NCBI GenBank assembly: GCA_951406725.2
Contig: OX597829.1
Location: forward strand, 25,916,001 to 25,980,000
Direction of reading: 5' to 3'
Origin: Octopus vulgaris
Lineage: Eukaryota
Length of the DNA stretch: 64,000 bases
Shown: positions 60,219 to 64,000 of the stretch, one piece after another
Numbering within the stretch: the first letter of the stretch is position 1
How the letters are laid out: each line of letters opens with the position of its first letter
Notes under the pieces: generated by a model
The model's database searches: none
What the model was told of the DNA's origin: nothing
What the model saw: only the letters and a program-made list of their open reading frames with translations
Translations under genes and position numbers: made by a program

Positions 60219-60602
60219 GGAAGCACTCCGTCGGTTACGACGATGAGGGTTCCGGTTGATCCGAATCAATGGAACAGCCTGCTCGTGAAATTAACGTGTA
60301 AGTGGCTGAGCACTCCACAGACACGTGTACCCTTAACGTAGTTCTCGGGGATATTCAGCGTGACACAGAGAGTGACAAGGCCGGCCCCTTGAAATACAAG
60401 TACAACAGAAACAGGAAGTAAGAGTGAAAGTAAGTTGTGGTGAAAGAGTACAGCAGGGATCACCACCATCCCCTGCCGGAGCCTCGTGGAGCTTTAGGTG
60501 TTTTCGCTCAATAAACACTCACAACGCCCGGTCTGGGAATCGAAACCGCGATCCTATGACCGCGAGTCCGCTGCCCTAACCACTGGGCCATTGCGCCTCC
60601 AC
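60219..60602 (-). mobile_element. tRNA-derived SINE family C, tail variant 2 (CpG-rich, probably young)
   Basis: Head GGAGGCGCAATGGCCCAGTGGTTAGGGCAGCGGACTCGCGGTC...GGTTTCGATTCCC. Confidence 0.8.
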
Positions 60603-61275
60603 TTTTCATTAGTAATATATATTAACAGAATGGTATATCAAGGAAAATAAGAATACACGAATCTAAGAATGAGCTGAATTAACTATTGGAAAGCTAAACT
60701 AATGATATAATCACTTCATTCTTGGATTTTTGAGGGTTTGAAAATATTTGGCATCCATGGTGGAATGAAAGGAAATATAAAAGCCAGCAGTTAGTTGATC
60801 CAGTGATCTGTGGCAAAGAATCACTGACTGAAATTAAAAATCAAAAGTGGTATTATTCCAAGTCTTATTGAGTTATGGAAAATATTTCTTAGTAGTAAAG
60901 ATGATGGGATCAAGAAGTAAATTTTGGCAAGATTTTAACTGTGTATGCAGAGTTTGTTAAGCATCAAAGTAGGTAGAGAAAAGAGAAGCTTTATCTCTGC
61001 TGGTACTGCTTGCAATTCTATTTGAATTATGGAATACAGTGGGTAAAAGAATTCCTCAAAGTAAAAAGCAAGTAGTGATCCTTTTAGCAAGAGATCAGAG
61101 GTGGGTGAATATATGTGTATGTATGTATGCATGAGTGTATGTATGTATGTATGTATGTATGTATGTATGTATGTATGTATGCATTTGTATATGTATACAT
61201 GTGTGTGTGTGCTTGTATATATATATATATATGTGTATATATATATATTTATACATATATATATATATATATGTA

Positions 61276-61324
<49 letters not shown>

Positions 61325-61759
61325 TTATATATGTATACATGTATATATATGTACGCGTATGTGTATATATGTAAATGTATGTATGCTGTGCGTGTGTATA
61401 TTTATATATTGTATATCAATATCTATATCTATATCTATCTGTCTATCACTCTCTCTCCATATATATATATATAGATATAGATATAGATTTATAGATTTAT
61501 ATACATATATATATATATATATGTATATGTACAAGTGTATGTATATGTGTATATACACATGTATGTACATATGTATGTATAAAGAAAAAGAAAAGAGAAA
61601 GAGCTTGTAAGCTACAAGGCATAAGAACATTGCTCTCTGCTCCCTGATAGTCATCTTGCAGAAGTTTTGTTTGTGGGTGAATGGTTCTCAAATGAGTTCT
61701 GAAGGCCATAACTTATGTTTGAGGAATTGTAGCATAGAAGCTTGTAAAAACTGCTGCTT

Positions 61760-62110
61760 GTGAGCAACAGATACCAATAAAAGAAGAAGGCAGAGGGTTA
61801 CATCATAATACAACAAATTTAGCTATTATTCAAGCAGAGAGATATGTTAGAAAAAGCAAAAAGAATTTTATGGTGCAGCCATATTGATCAATAGAGAATA
61901 CACAGAGAGACAGAAAAGGAATTCAAGCAACAGAAAATGAATAATGTAGAATGTAAATCTAGGAAAGAACATTGTTATATGTGAAGTTTTTCAGGTATAC
62001 AATAACTGGAGATGAACAAACATGGAAGATTATAAAGAGAAACAGAAATCTTTACAATGGCTTCACAAGAGCAAAGAATTACAATTAATGTGGTTCAATA
62101 AAAAGATTAG
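61760..62110 (+). mobile_element. Possible decayed R4/Dong-clade non-LTR remnant
   Basis: IPIKEEGRGL and ETEIFTMASQEQ resemble LPRKEGGRGL and ETEGF..AAQDQ. Confidence 0.35.
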
Positions 62111-62480
62111 AAAAAAAATAAATAAAAGCTAGCATAAAGAATAAAACAAATAATAAAACTTAGCCTAAAGTAAGCGAATATCGTTAGTGGATAAAAGTAT
62201 TAATCATCTAATCTAGCATATATGATGCTGTTGTTGCTGTTGTTGTGGTTTTGGTAGTGGTGCTGGGGATGGAGGTGATGCTGGTGGTGGAGGTAGTGGT
62301 GTAGGAATTGTAGTGATGGTAGAGGGCTGTATCTAATACATCACTTTTTTTATTCTTAGTTCAAACCCCAAAATGTTGACTTTGTCTTCCCTCCTTGAGG
62401 AGTCAATAAGTACAAGTCATGTAATTATTTTCAGATGATTATGGTTCTCCACCAAAAACAGTGCCAAAGTTAACCCTTCA

Positions 62481-62712
62481 TATTTCTTTATTGCCCACAA
62501 GGGGCTAAACATAAAGGGGATAAACAAGGACAGAGAAAGGTATCAAGTCGATTATATCGACCCCAGTACATAACTGGTACTTATTTAATCGACCACGAAA
62601 GGATGAAAGGCAAAGTCGACATCAGCGGAATTTGAACTCAGAACATAGCGGCAGACGAAATACCGCTAATCATTTCGCCCGGCATGCTAATGTTTCTGCC
62701 AGCATGCCACCT
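62481..62712 (-). mobile_element. Full-length SINE family B
   Basis: Reverse complement of the 63822-64000 type, with complete tail. Other copies at 21630-21832, 57105-57290 and 63345-63442. Confidence 0.8.
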
Positions 62713-63821
62713 TAGTTAACCATTCTGTTACCATATTTCTGATGGCATACACTGCCTTTGTTTTAACTGATTTTGAAAATAATGAAGAATTTCATAAAAT
62801 ATCCTTGTAATTATTAAACTGGTGTTTAGAACATAAATTAACATAAAATTTTAATGGAAGTATTTAATTTATATCACTTTAAAACTTTTGTTATATATTA
62901 CCTTTGTTTCAATTGATTTTGAAAATAATACTCTTTCTCTCTTTTCTCTCTCTTTTACTTGTATCAGCCATTTGACTGTGGCCATGCTGGAGTACTGCTT
63001 TTAGTCGAGCAAATCAATCCCAGGACTTATTCTTTGTAAGACTAGTACTTATTCTATCGGTCTCTATAACCGCTAAGTTATAGGGATATAAACACACTAG
63101 CATCGGTTGTCAAGTGATGTTGGGGTACAAACACAGACACACAAACATATACACACACATACATACATATATATACATATATACGACAGGCTTCTTTTAG
63201 TTTCCGTCTACCAAATCCATTCACAAGGCTTTGGTCGGCCCGAGGCTACAGTAGAAGACACTTGTCCAAGGTGCCACGCAGTGGGACTGAACCCTGAACC
63301 ATGTGCATCGTAAGCAAGCTACTTACCACACAGCCACTCCTAAAAGTCAACATCGGTGGAATTTGAACTCAGAACATAAAAACAGACGAAATACCGTTTT
63401 TCATTTCTCCCGGTGTGCTAACGTTTCTGGCAGCTCGCTGCCTATAATGAAGAATTTGATAAAATAACTTTGTTGTTAATATGGAGTTTAGAGTATCAAT
63501 GGAAACATGAAATCCTAAAGGACAGCTTTAAGATAATTTTAAAACAGGAAGTTTGCATCTTAGAACTAGCGGTGGTCTTGCTAGAGTTGGCATTCAAGAG
63601 GAATGCAATGAGGCAGAACAATGAATATAAAAGTAATGAGAAGACAGATCATGGATTAAAATTACCAGTGGCTATATGATAAGAAGTTTGGTTCCCAACT
63701 ACATCGTTCCAGGTTCAGTCTCACTGCGTGACACCATGGGCAAGTGTCTTCTGCTACAGCCTTGGGTCAATCAAAGCCTTGTGAGTGGATTTGGTAGATG
63801 GAAACTGAAAGAAGCCTGATA

Positions 63822-64000
63822 AAAGGCGGCGAGCTGGCAGAAACGTTAACACGCCGGGCGAAATGCTTAGCAGTATTTCGTCTGTCACTACGTTCTGAGT
63901 TCAAATTCTGCCGAGGTCAACTTTTCCTTTCATCCTTTTGGGGTTGATTAAATAAGTACCAATTATGCACTGGGGTCATTATAATCGACTTAATCTGTTT
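63822..64000 (+). mobile_element. SINE family B (runs off the window)
   Basis: AAGGCGGCGAGCTGGCAGAAACG...GAGTTCAAATTC...CCTTTCATCCTTTTGGGGTTGAT. Confidence 0.8.

Overview
AT-rich, repeat-saturated eukaryotic DNA, most likely from a coleoid cephalopod (Octopus-like). This attribution is inferred from the abundant (TA)n/(CA)n/(TACA)n/(CAT)n microsatellites, RTE LINEs with (GAT)n tails and CORE-/Meta-like tRNA SINEs. I see no recognisable host protein-coding gene: the long ORFs are RTE reverse transcriptase fragments, decayed mariner transposases or microsatellite artefacts. The window holds more than 12 RTE LINE pieces whose RT carries an inserted C4HC3 PHD finger. It also holds CR1-like, BovB-like, R4-like and Penelope-like remnants, four mariners, one DD37D (maT) transposon, non-autonomous Helitrons, piggyBac/Tc1/Tigger-type MITEs, three SINE families and one intron-containing tRNA-Tyr-like gene. 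The best leads are (1) two diverged copies of a 120-135 nt structured element with H/ACA snoRNA architecture, (2) minimal hammerhead-ribozyme motifs in Penelope-type repeats, (3) a tandem DR1 (AGGTCA-n) nuclear-receptor array in unique sequence, (4) SINE tails sharing covarying stem-loops with two different LINEs in the window, and (5) hairpin/pseudoknot-like repeat arrays in RTE 3' UTRs. Everything was read by eye; no searches or folding were run, and boundaries of decayed elements are approximate.
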